This document shows, piece after piece, positions 1 to 13,200 of a DNA stretch of 64,000 nucleotides (position 1 is the first letter of the stretch; the number at the start of each line of letters is the position of its first letter). The notes beneath the pieces are model-generated. The model saw nothing but the letters and a program-made list of their open reading frames with translations, was not told the origin of the DNA and ran no database searches. The position numbers and the translations under genes are program-made. The DNA is from Pecten maximus (taxonomy: Eukaryota), in NCBI RefSeq assembly GCF_902652985.1, contig NC_047022.1, positions 18,724,001 through 18,788,000 on the forward strand, given 5' to 3'.

Positions 1-1292
1 GTGAATATCACAAATTGATAGCATTCGTTATTCCTGGTATCAAAACTGTCCCAAATATCATTAATATAATGATATTATTGAACGTTTATATTTCTGTTTA
101 CTTCTTAACTTAATAAAAGTAAATAAAAAGTCAATAGCATCAACATATCATTGAACATTTATATTACTGTTAATTACTAAACTTAAAACAAATGTCCATA
201 GCATCAAGATGTTAAATCTAGCTCAGGTGTTAGGCAGGTTAGAAAATATTATGTAAAATTTAAACATATTTGTATGTGAATTAGATAACTTGAATTTCAT
301 TACACATACATTGAAGTTCTGTTGTAGTCTTTAAAATGAGTGGGCGGGGACCTAATTATTCCGATAGATAAACCAATACAGTAAAACATGAACGTTGGAC
401 TTAATTGATTATGTAAGTATATATTGATAAACATATATATCTTGTTTTTTTCCTTTTTATTTTGTAGGACTGGAGAAAGTACCACTTCGCAATGAGTATC
501 GCGCTAGCAACGATTCCAACCATGATTTTGTGAAAAAAAATCGCCTTTGAATAAATGAAATGGGGCGATGCATCCACTGCATGTACGATGACTTCGTAAG
601 CAGTATGTGACAGAGTAGCGTGTTTACCTATTTGACAACGGAATTCATTACATTCCGGCCCAGCCGTTAATTGACCTACCTGTAGAATTTTCTCAATGAA
701 CACATATTTTCTACGATGGCTTGTCATTCTTGGAATTCGTTATACACCTAGAAATCAAAAGAAATATATAACAATTATTTATGATATGAAACGTCAACTG
801 AAATGATTTATTATGAAAAAGAGTAAAATGATCAAAAGGTAAATACGTAATTCATATTCGATTGTCGACGTAGAAGATCGTGATTGCATCAAATACTATC
901 TGTTATAATCAACAACGTTTGTATGAATGGCGATATGTTGTAAAGGCACAGCACTATGTTCACTGATATCACAATCAAGAGCCAGACTGATGTAGTAAAA
1001 GATAGAAGGATACGATGACTTATTTGTCCTTAAAAGACTCATATTGCTGTTATACATGCAGGGAATGATTATTGACACATCAATGACATTTAATCAATAC
1101 ACGGGGTAAGTTTACCCAGCATTCAATTGTTAAAGAGGCACTGAGTATTGGATTATATGTATGCTTTATCAAGAGGATATGGAGGTATGTTAGGGATGTG
1201 TACGTGACAACACATTGTGATTATAGACGAACTAGAGCTTGATGATTGGAACATTAAATTCGAAAATAATATTTCCGAAACCTTTCACTACA

Positions 1293-4200
1293 ATGGAATT
1301 AGATGACAACTCAGTAGAACCACAGGATGTAGATATAGAGACGATGTCATCGCCGGAAGTGGAAACTCCTGCTGGAACACCTTCCCCGGAAGTTAGATCG
1401 AGAAAGGAAAACAGAAAGACAAGCACATCTTCCATCACAAGTAATTCTTCTGGAAAGTCAAAGACTAGACTTAACAAAATATCTCGGTTAGGGCGTCGTA
1501 CGGAACTAAAAACGGCCCTGGGAACGGGAGAGGAAGAGGAAGTGGGAAAAGGATGGCGTAGCCTTAGGAATGCAGTCAAGGTCACAAACGCCGTAGCGAC
1601 CAAGAAAAAAACAACTGTAACACGGGAAGATTCATTTCTAAAAAAATTCTCAACACGCCAGCCGTACAGGAATGAATCGAACTGCAACCATGTTGAGAAT
1701 CCCACTGAAAATGTTAGTAAACATGAGGCAAAGGAAAAGCATAGGACAGTGTTCCGAATGGACGGAAATCTTATGTTGTATTGGACCGGGGTGGTCACCG
1801 TTGCCGTAATGTATAATCTATGGACATGCATTGCACGAGAAGCATTCCGAGAGATACACGAAAACCACCTGTTTGTGTGGATTACCTGTGATGTCCTGTG
1901 TGATATTGTGTATGTTTTAGACATCATATGCCAATTTCGAACTGGTTACTTGGATCAAGGCCTTATGGTGTTTGATTCTGTGAAACTTGCCAAAAATTAT
2001 ATATCCACAAAATACTTCTATTTGGATCTTGCCTGTTTATTTCCATTGGATTTCCTACAGTTCATCATTGGCATACATCCAATGGTTCGTTTTCCGAGAT
2101 TTATAAAACTGTATAGGACTTTCCGATTTTTATATATGCTGGAATCACGGACAGCATATCCGAATTTCTTTCGAGTTGCAAATCTGACACATATCCTTTT
2201 CCTAGGATCTCACTGGTTTGCCGCTTTCTATTACCTTATATCGGAAGCAGAGGATTTTAAAGGTGACTGGTCGTACCCTAAACCAGTAGGAGAATTTTCA
2301 TCCGTGACCCGGAAGTATTTGGCTTCACTATTCTGGTCGACCTTGACCTTAACTACTATAGGTGACCTTCCGCCTCCAGAAACGAATTGGGAGTAAGTAC
2401 ATATTTCTTTTCATTAAAAACTTAATAATATATGCTATTTAGTTTAGGGTAACTAGTTTACTAACACATTTTAGTTACGGTAAAGGGTACCATCAACATA
2501 TTATTATCACGAAAATTCTTTTGTTTGACTGGTTTTTAGCTTTTGTGGATTCACAATATCAGCAGTGAAAAAAAACTATTTCCGAGTTCAATCCCTAAGA
2601 ATATTATGTTAATGTCCATTTTGGTATACTAAGACATGTAACATGCAAAGCCAGATGTGATTATATAGTATTATGCAAAATATATCGTATTTTGGTGGTA
2701 CCCGTTACATTTAATATCAAAAACATACAGAAAAACTTCATTTTTGTATCAGGAACTGTTTTGTTAATAGGTCTGAATTTGTTATGTCTACTGGTGACTC
2801 TCTTGATTTAAACCGATGCACTCATGGCCACAATTTTTGCGATTTCCATTTTTACCAATAATTCATTTTTGTTGCTTGCAATTACCTTTAATACCAGCAG
2901 TACATCAAATTTGAGCGATACTATGTTTGATTTGTTTATACGAATCTTACATAATCATATGCAGATCCTATACGGTGAGCTTGTAAGATATTAAACAAGC
3001 TTCGATTACTGATAAGATGAGTGGGAAACAACACATTAGAATTGAATTACATTGTAGAAGTAAGTTGAAATGATTAAAAAAGAGTAATGATGATGATAAT
3101 AATAATAATAATAAAAAAAACCAAATCAAAACTTCTTTTCTAGCCATACTGACTGGGAATGCAAAACACACATTTGCAGTATACTCAGATCATCTAGTCT
3201 CATACATACATTGTTGTGCAAAGAACAAGATTAGGTTACATTTTGTATATTTGCGTACTGAATTAAAGGCCTGTGTCCGAAATTTAACAGAAAGGCGCAA
3301 TGATGAATCAGCGCCTCAAAAGTATCCGCTCTATAGATAACGATAGATAGAAACTACAATTAACACCGTCATAAATAAGCGCAATTGCCAGATATTCCTG
3401 CCCGTAAAGCACTTAAATAAAATCACCTCTAATATGTGTACGTTTGCAGTATAAACAGGGATGGCATAGAAAGTGTCACACAGATATCACGGCTAGGTCT
3501 TTGTGTTACAGTGCTCGCCTTTCCTATTCTGCGTAAGTATCCATTATCGAATACTCTTCGTTGTTTGCCTCTGTTAAAGAACAACGTTTCCAGCATGACC
3601 CGGTTAGCTGTTTGTGTAAATAACGCTTCATTGGTTAATTGGATTTGTTTATTTTATGTTGATTTGCACCTTTTAATTTATTTTATTTTGTTTATTGTGA
3701 TAAACGGCTTTGCACTATTGTTTATTTACTTTCATTATGTGGCTTGAATGTTGATTTGAATGATTTTGAGGAAATTGCTACAAATTGTGTTGGTATGAGT
3801 GTATCAACAATCTAAATATTTAACACGACTTCTTGCACATGAATTTGAAAACAAAAATATCCTGAATGCTCTTGAATGAATATTTTTCATTTCCGTTTAA
3901 TGTAACAATTATTTCAATTTTTTTTTAGAAAAAATTGTTACAAAGAAGATGTATTTTAAACAGCATAGATAAAAGGGGTCTACTTTTCTCAAAATAATTA
4001 TATTGCAAGTCTTTATTCTACCAAGAAAATTGATTTCCTTGAAAGTCACCTTTATGGTACCAGGATTATATATGGAAAGATCAATGAATAATTGAACTAT
4101 GTGATCATCTATTTTGTAAGTTTGGTCAATTCCATTTGTAGTATAAAAATTATACTATGTAATATATTGACAGAAATTAACTGAATCGCCTCCATGTTTT

Positions 4201-7200
4201 CTTGCATTTGTTGCTATCTATGTTACTTCAAAATAATCCAATCATAATACAATGCAATGATATAAATTTGGATTAGCAATAATAATTAACTGATTATTTG
4301 TTTTGTTACAACAATAACAATATTAGATGTATTTAAGAGAATTGTTCCCTTTCAGGTATGTCTTCGTAATCGTGAGCTATCTAATTGGTGTTTTCATCTT
4401 CGCCACAATTGTTGGTAAGTAAATAGATTTCATAGCATCATTGTTTGATATGCTTTGTTGTAATTACTCTGAAAGAAAAAGAATGGGCACTGTTGGTGTA
4501 ATTGCTTAAGTCTGATTCTAACTATATGTAAACAACGCATTATTTGACCTTTACTGTACGGCTAAAGACACATTTACGCATCATGTTTGGCTGAAATTCT
4601 ATATGCTTAAATAGTGGACTCCGGTTTTGAGTAATCCAATGTTGGTCATATCGACAACCGATAGCTTGGCCGCCATCCGAACGTGTTATTCACGTACAAA
4701 TAATCACGAAGCATTTGAATTCGTGATTGACTCTATTTGCGTATTAGCGCGAAAATAAATCCCACGCGAAATATAGTGATTTACAGTAGTGCAAAAATAA
4801 ATACCCTGGATACTGCAAAATACTGACAAGGCGGTGATACCATGAATTTGATACCCGCAATCTAGTTCCGAACGGAATGTCTAGTTATGTATTGTTGACA
4901 ATTACATAGAATTTTCTTATTCTACAAATATAGTATAGATGAAGTATTATTACACAATTAAACGCAATCATCACATGAAAATATACTATATTTTTATACA
5001 CAACACACAATAATTACATGCACAGTCGATACAAAATCATTTTGTGAAGGGGAATTCCGTTGGTGTGCTGTAAATAATGCATGTTAAAATGCCATTGAAC
5101 TATTTAGTTCATAATATTACACATTCCTCCTACGCGGCAAAATACGCTCCACATACGTTAGTGAACTTTTCATAACCCTGAGAAAACTAAATGCTAAGCA
5201 CTCGTCAGTCTTTCGTTAGACGTTTTATTGTTTTTGTAATGAACTCGCTGTGTTTATTTTATATTGATTTTAAAAATCCTATTGGTTTGATTTAATAGCT
5301 TTCCCCGGAGGAGATTGTTATTTGTGTAACTTTTGTTAAAAAAAAGCTATTTTCATCTTACTTTCAAAGAATACAGGCTGTCGTCATGTCACTTTTAAAT
5401 TAGTCGTATTTACACGTGCCTTAAGACTGGTTATATCAACGTTATTGAAACATGACTGACATGTATTAGACTTCTAATAAATCAATTAAAGAAAAAACGA
5501 ATAAAGGGATACCACAGTTACAAAATTAGCAACTCGCAAATATGTGGTGAAGATATTAACCGCATCCAATGGCTCAGTGTCCTATAGTAAACATATGAGC
5601 TAATAAGGTTGATGACAAGACTAAACAGGACAATCAAAATTAAGTTTGAAATAATGTTATCAATTTCTTTGTTATATAGTCTTATTGTGTCAATAAGAAA
5701 ATTTAGTTTTTGATGAAGGTGTCTTCGGACGGTTTTATATGACTTTGTATATGTTTAATTACCCTCATTCACATTTACTCAATATCATAATAAATTATAG
5801 GATAGGAATACTGAATATATTGTTCTTTTTGCCATTTCCAGGACAAGTTGGAAATGTGATAACAAACCGCAATGCTAGTAGACAGGAATTCGAGAGACTT
5901 TTGGTAAGGTCAAAGGAGAAATTCATTAAATGTATATAAGCAAACCATAAATAAATGCATGTAGAATTCCGAAATGATTTAATCGTAAGTAGTGTCACGA
6001 ATGGAAACTTACTCTGTTGTTTAATGGTAGAAATATACGAAATATAAATTGTTCAATAAAATGACAACGTTTTAAACAAGTCTATATCATTTTTTGTTAA
6101 GGATGGTGCAAAACTTTATATGAGGATGCACAATGTACCTCCACAGCTACAGAAACGTGTACAAAGATGGTACGATTACGTGTGGAAGCGGTAAGTTATT
6201 TGTAGAGGTCTGTAAACAACAAAAACCTGTACAGAAATTGTACGACTACTGGATTTATGGGAAAGATAGGTCTGTAAACAACAAAAAACAACAGAAATGG
6301 TACGACTTCTGTACTTATGGGAAAGATAGGTATGTAAACAACAAAAAACAACAGGTATGGTACGACTACTGTACTTACTGAGGGGAAAGCTAAGTATGTA
6401 AACAACAAAAACAACAAAAATGGTACGACTACTGTACTTCTGGGAAAGATAGGTCTGTAAACAACAAAAACCTGTACAGAAATGGTACGACTACTTTACT
6501 TCTGGGAAAGATAGGTATGTAAACAACAAAAAACAACAGGTATGGTACGACTACTGTACTTACTGAGGGGAAAGCTAAGTCTGTAAACAACAAAAAACAA
6601 CAGAAATGGTACGACTACTGAACTGAGGGGAAAGCTAAGTCTGAAAACAACAAAAAACAACAAAAATGGTACGACTACTGTACTGAGGGGGAAAGCTAAG
6701 TCTGTAAACAACAAAAAACAATAGAAATGGTGCGACTACTGTACTTCTGGGAAAGATAGGTCTGTAAACAGCAACAAACAACAAAACTGGTACGACTACT
6801 TTACTTCTGGGAAAGATAGGTATGTAATCAACAAAAAACAACAAATGGTACGACTACTGTACTGAGGGGAAAGCTAAGTCTGTAAACAACAAAAAACAAT
6901 AGAAATGGTTCGACTACTGTACTTCTGGGAAAGTTAAATATGTAAATAACAAACACCTGTATAGAGATGGTACGACTACTCCACTTATGGAATAGATAAA
7001 TATGTAAACAACAAACAATTTACACCGAAAAGGTAAGACTACTGAAAACACATTATTCACAAAACAGAACACTAATCATAACTAGTACGCTACTGTTAAT
7101 GTATTATTGTAAAAGCAATTCTGAATTCACAATGAGTAATATGACATGTAGTTTTGCTATTATTTAACTATTACGTCCTTTCGGCAGTAGAATGCTATGC

Positions 7201-10200
7201 CATGTAGCAAGTTTGAACTCAAATGAGTAATATGACATGTAGCAAGTCTGAATTATGTTCTCAATGAGTTATATGACATGTAGTAAGTTTGAACTCTGTT
7301 ATCAGTGAGTGATATAACATGTAGTAATTTTGAACTCTGTGAGTAATATGACATGTTGTAAGTTTAGATTTTGATGTCATGGAGTGACATGCCATGCTGT
7401 TATTATATTTCGTGATACGGTTTTGTGAAAATCTGATCATACGAATTAATGAATATAACATTAGCCTATACCTAAAATCTCGCGTTATAATAAAACATGT
7501 TCTTTTCTGCTACAGAGGCCGGATGAAAGGTTCAGACATCAACTCTCTGGGCATGTTGCCCGACAAGTTTAAAACTGAGCTAGCAATTCATGTCAATCTT
7601 GAAACACTGAAAAAGGTAAGTACCAAATTCAAACTGTGCCAGATGTTAGCACACCAAACACCAACTGTTTAACATTACAATCTCATTTAGCATTTAAAAA
7701 AAGGATTAAGTTGAGATCAATTAGAATGTTCGATAAATTAAGTCATCAAATATATAATCAAGTAAAAATCTTGAAATACCATCAGTCAAATTAACAAAAT
7801 ATTAAGCTTGCCAATTGCGCTCAGACCCTAGTCAAACCTCATGGGATGTTGATAAGCAAGAGCAAAACTATTGAATAAACCCTAAATTATTTATTAGCTC
7901 GTAACCAGCTTATCTATTCACATAGAAATAAATTTACAATTTCATTCTTATGATGATTCTCACGGACTTCGTATACAAATTCCTTTAACAAAATATTTAA
8001 ATGCCGATTCTTCAATTCAGTAAATTACTGTTTTGTATAAGAATATGTCAACAGGCAATTACCAACACAAGCCCTAAAGATATTAAGCATAAATTGATGA
8101 TTAAATCATGGGGTCCTCGATCTCATCGAGCAACATCAATGTAAAACGGAGCCACCGCATACCTTTGAAAAAAAAAAATTGATTGCTTTCCCGAATGAAA
8201 TGTTTTTAATTGTAATGTTGTGAATCTATTGACTAAAATGGAATTCAAACTTAACCAAGCTATCTAAAAAGCACTACGGAAGCCAAGAATCGAATATAAT
8301 AGTGATAGTGTGGGTGCCACCTAGAGGCACTTGGTACAGTCGAGGTATTCCCCCGACTATGTTTAAGCAGTGCAGAGGCACAATTTCTTCACGTGAAATT
8401 CACATGAATTCGTTTCACATGAAATTCACATTAATTTGTTTCACATGAAATTCACGTGCAATTTACGTGAAATTCACATTCACATGTATATTTAGGTAAA
8501 ATTTTTAATGTAAAATTCATGTGAAATTCACGTGAAAAATTGATTGATTCATGTGAATTTCGCTTTTTCGCCATTTTCACGTGTAATTCACGGGAAAAGT
8601 TTGATGTTAACTTCATGTATAAGAATTTGCCCTGTGTAGAATGAGGCCGCTAAGAAGTTAAAATGAAATTTCAAATGTCAACATTTGCTCAGTGGATTCC
8701 TGGTGTTCCTTTATAATATTTGTTTATTCTGCTCCGGTAAAAATATCCTACAACGGAAGATTTCTTGAGTTGCGTTTTTTTAAAATTAAGTTACATAATC
8801 GTTTCATCCAGGTAACAATTTTCCAAGAGTGCCAGCCGGAGTTTCTACATGACCTTGTTTTGAAAATGAGAGCGTACATTTTTACACCTGGAGATTTGAT
8901 ATGTCGACGAGGAGAAGTGGCAAGGGAAATGTTCATCATAGCTGACGGGCTTGTTGAGATTATTAGGTATTTGTTTATTTAGTTTGATTACCATCAAAAC
9001 GCATAACGACTAAAAAAATATTGCTTTGCAGAAAGACAATATGTGTTTATGTTTGTCAAGATATGTCATGCAAAGAAAGACAACTTTAACAAGAATACCG
9101 AGAAGAAAAATATGTAAAAATAAATATGGCAAAAAACATCAGTATCTTTAATATATATACACATATTTTATTCATGCAACAACATTTTCTGAAGCATACA
9201 GATGTAACAACCTTTAAGTGATAAATTAGGTAAACAAACTGTAGTGCGTTAAAGTGATATAAGACAGATATCATTCTATACTCTGAAGCGTACTGTTACA
9301 GTATATTATATCTTAAGTAAATGTTTTCAGGAATCCTTTTGTATTCTTAACAATGATTTATAGTTAACGGGGGTCGGGGAGGAGTTGGGGAAGGGAGGGG
9401 TTGGGGGTTGGGGTTAGGGGTGGGGTTGGGGGTGCGGGTTGGGGGTGGGTCATTATAAACGTCCATATATCTGAGTATTCGAGGTAAGTAAGTATAAATT
9501 CTATATAGTTTTAACTGCCGGAACTTAATTTCCCTTTGAGTTAATCAGTGTTCGAACTAGCGCGGTTTGAATGTATATATTTTCTGTCTTTTTTTCGAGA
9601 ACGTTTAGAGAAAACACACAAAAAAATAATAATTCTACAATGTTTTTGTATACTGCGCCAATGATATTAAAAGATACCATTTTCAGTTTCAGATGTGACT
9701 CATACAGCTGTTTTTATCCTTTTAGAGAGCATTTCAGAAAAATCAAACTGCAGTGTTTCTTGTATTTTTTTAGTAATATAAAGGATAAAATTATGCTATT
9801 TTCTGAAACAAACAGGTGTTTCTTTCCCGTAGTGAGCGGTCAAAATAAGCTGTAGTGAGTGTTTTTTTTAATTATGAAAAATTGATTTAATAATAAATAC
9901 TATTGTATATACTGAATCGTTCACTGACTGTTTCATATTTTTACGTTAAAGCGAAACTGGCACTGTGCTGACCCAAATGGGAACCGGAGATTTTTTCGGA
10001 GAGATTGGGATTCTTAATCTTGACGCTGGCATAAACAGGTGACGTTTATATGTATTTGGATGATAAGATATTTGCTATATTACTTGAATCATCAAAAATA
10101 AAATGTCAGAACTAGAATTTATTATCATTTTTCAAATGTGAACTCATTCGTTTTATATCCTTAGTAAATATCAACGAATAGAAACATAAATTTAAGATTT

Positions 10201-13200
10201 TTGTGCTGATTTGGTGTTTGACGTCATGACAATAAGAACCTATGAAACAGTGAATAAATGTTACAGAAGGGGAACAAACAGCATCGGTCTGTAACATACG
10301 CATTTCAATATTCGTTTTCGAAAATGGGGACATTGAAATCACAATTGGCCTGAATTATCTGAATATTTGCACTTAACGAAAATTGAAGATAAAGGACACA
10401 AATTTTTAATATAATGAACGCAGAAAATTCCCTACCTTCTTTATCACTTCATTATCATTAAACGTTGCTTATCATTTAATATTATTCATTAATTTACAGG
10501 CGAACGGCCGATGTAAAATCTGTCGGTTATTCGGAACTGTTCGGGCTATCTCGGGAGGATGTGTTAGAGGCTCTTAAGGATCATCCTGAGGCTGAGGTAG
10601 GTGTTAGTATGTGTTTCACCCTTGAACAAATGTTATATCAAATTTAAATACCTTTAGCCAGATTTTATATCAAATTTAAATACCTTTAACCAGATTTTAT
10701 AATCACATTCGTTATATCTATACTCAAGTTACGCATGTTGTTTTAGTTATTTTCTATCTCATAGAAATCAATCAAAATAACTTGAAGTAAATACGAAAAT
10801 ATTACTACAAATTTGCAAGAACAGAGAATGTAGTTATTTTTAGGATATCATTTCTCGTGCGTATGAATAAAAGAATATGAATCTGCAGACTATTTTAGTG
10901 GAATACGGAAGAAAAAGATTGCTATTTTCTGCCAAAGACAATCCAAGCAATGGAAATGTTAGTACGGGCATTGATAGACCAATCAAGCAAACTGTCAGGT
11001 ATAAAAAGTAGGTCACGAGTTTTGTGTGAAACACTGTCGTAGGCTTAGAGATATATTTCTAGCTATAGATCACCGGAAATTGTTTTTTTCAATAACAGGA
11101 AGTGAGACTACCGCCATAGCAGAAATCAATTTGTGGACCTATGAACGTCTTATAGACTTTTTAATGCAATATGATTCGTCATTTAAACTTTTCAGTTGTC
11201 GGATATTTTTCAATTGTTCTGATTTAAAGTAATAAAAAAAAAAAATAAAAATATGGTCACTATCTCATTTTCTTAAAAAATCTCATAATTCTTGAAAACA
11301 ATTGTCTGCTATGGCTAAGAATTACTTTGAAAGGAAGTATAGATCCTCATTGTAGAATGCCTACTAATTATAATCCACTTATTGTTCAGTCATCTACTGA
11401 TAATTCTGCCTTTGTAATTATTCCCTGAATACTAATTAGATGTAGTGAAGAGTTCATTCCACAGTTATATAATGCAAATTGCTAAGACATAAGACAAGGA
11501 ACATTATTCTTAATTCTACCATGTTTGCTATGCAACGCCAGTTTTGATTGGTTTAAAACCATGTATTATTTTCCAATAATACACGCTCGTGCCAATAACA
11601 CACGCTCGTGAGTCACGGCTGTTACAATGTTATGTATCTAATATTCACCCAGTAAGAATACGGTTACTATAGCCGAGTGGGCTAATGGGTTAGTCTTTGC
11701 TCATTTTTTTTATCACGACGCGAGTTCAAATCCTACGAAGGCCGCTTTTTTTTTCACCCCCCCCCATCAATCAATCAATGCCATATGATAGATGTTCTTG
11801 ATTGTAGTACTGTAGTGCCTGTAAAGAAATGTATATTTATCAACAAAAGAATGCAATACTCAAGAAATAAATTACAATTTTTGCCAGGGGTTTCTTTGCC
11901 GTTTTTCTATTAGAAAGAGGTAGATCTCAGAACTAAACAGTACATGGTAGAATAGAAATAATCAGCTTTGACTCGTGTATTGTTGCAGGATATACAACTC
12001 GGACTTGGATATTTTGAAATTTTAACTAATTGCAAGGCCTGCGGCCTTCGTTATTAATCTAATTGCAAAATATCCTTGTCCTCGTTGTATATCCTGCAAC
12101 AATACACGAATCATCGTTAATTATTCCTTAACTATACAATGTTTAACAACATCTAACGTAAATGCTATATAGTTTATGGAATCATTTGGTATTTAAGATA
12201 TTTAAGAATTGATCATTTTTTTTTATATCTACTGGACCCCGTCCCTCAGACCCCTGGGGGGTGGGTGTGGGGGTGGGGGTAAATTACTTGGGTTTTAGTC
12301 CTATAACTTGTCAGCATTGTATTATCAAATTTCAACATTCAATGGTTCAAGATTTTTTTTTTGTGTTTTGTAACAATAACGTGTTTGCGCATATTGAAAA
12401 AGAATAATAAATAATGATAAGTTATGCATACATCACAAACATATAAATGAATTTCAATGACAGGTACTCGATTGTGGTGACCCGCTTTTAATTAATATTA
12501 AACTAATCCTCTTGTGATATTCCAAAAACATAATCATAGAAACACTGATGTTTGTTATTGCTTTACAGCAAATTATCAGATGTTATGGACAAAGACGATT
12601 AAAGGAAATAGAAAAGCATCGCAAACAGACAAAGCAATCATCTACTGTTAACTCGTTACCCTCTGGACATCTATGGTCTCCTAATTCCCCATGCAAAGGA
12701 CTTCGGGCAATTATTACCGCCTCTCAAAAAGCATCGCCAAACAAGCAAGGAGGCTTGCCAGGAATTCGAATTTCTAACTTTGATGAAGAAAATGAAAATA
12801 AGTTGAATGGTAAATCTAAAATGGTTAATGGCGTAAAACGATGGATTGGTAAACGGGGCAGACGAAATAATGATAAAAGACAGCACAGAATTCACCAAAC
12901 AAGCTTGGTTCATCCTGTCGATACCACACTATCTAGTCCATCGTACTTTGACTCAGATCTATCATCTAATATTAGAGGCAATCCGAATGGAACTTTAGTT
13001 TGTGAAGCTATTGAGGATAGTTCGGAAGGAACAACACGTGAATCAAAGAGTCAAAATGTGAAAAAAGAATGTGGTAACCAAACTCAGTGTTTTGGTACGG
13101 TTGAACGACTTTCAACCTCAAAAAGTGCAACATCAAATGATTCGAATAAAAGGCGGAATTCATTTGAAAATAATACTGTAGAAACATTGGCAAGTAATGA

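Noticed and set aside
401-727. 108-aa minus-strand ORF, and a possible plus-strand exon at 468-595
   Set aside because: No recognisable motif; the AG/GT-bounded plus segment has stops in all frames, so at most a UTR exon that I cannot support.
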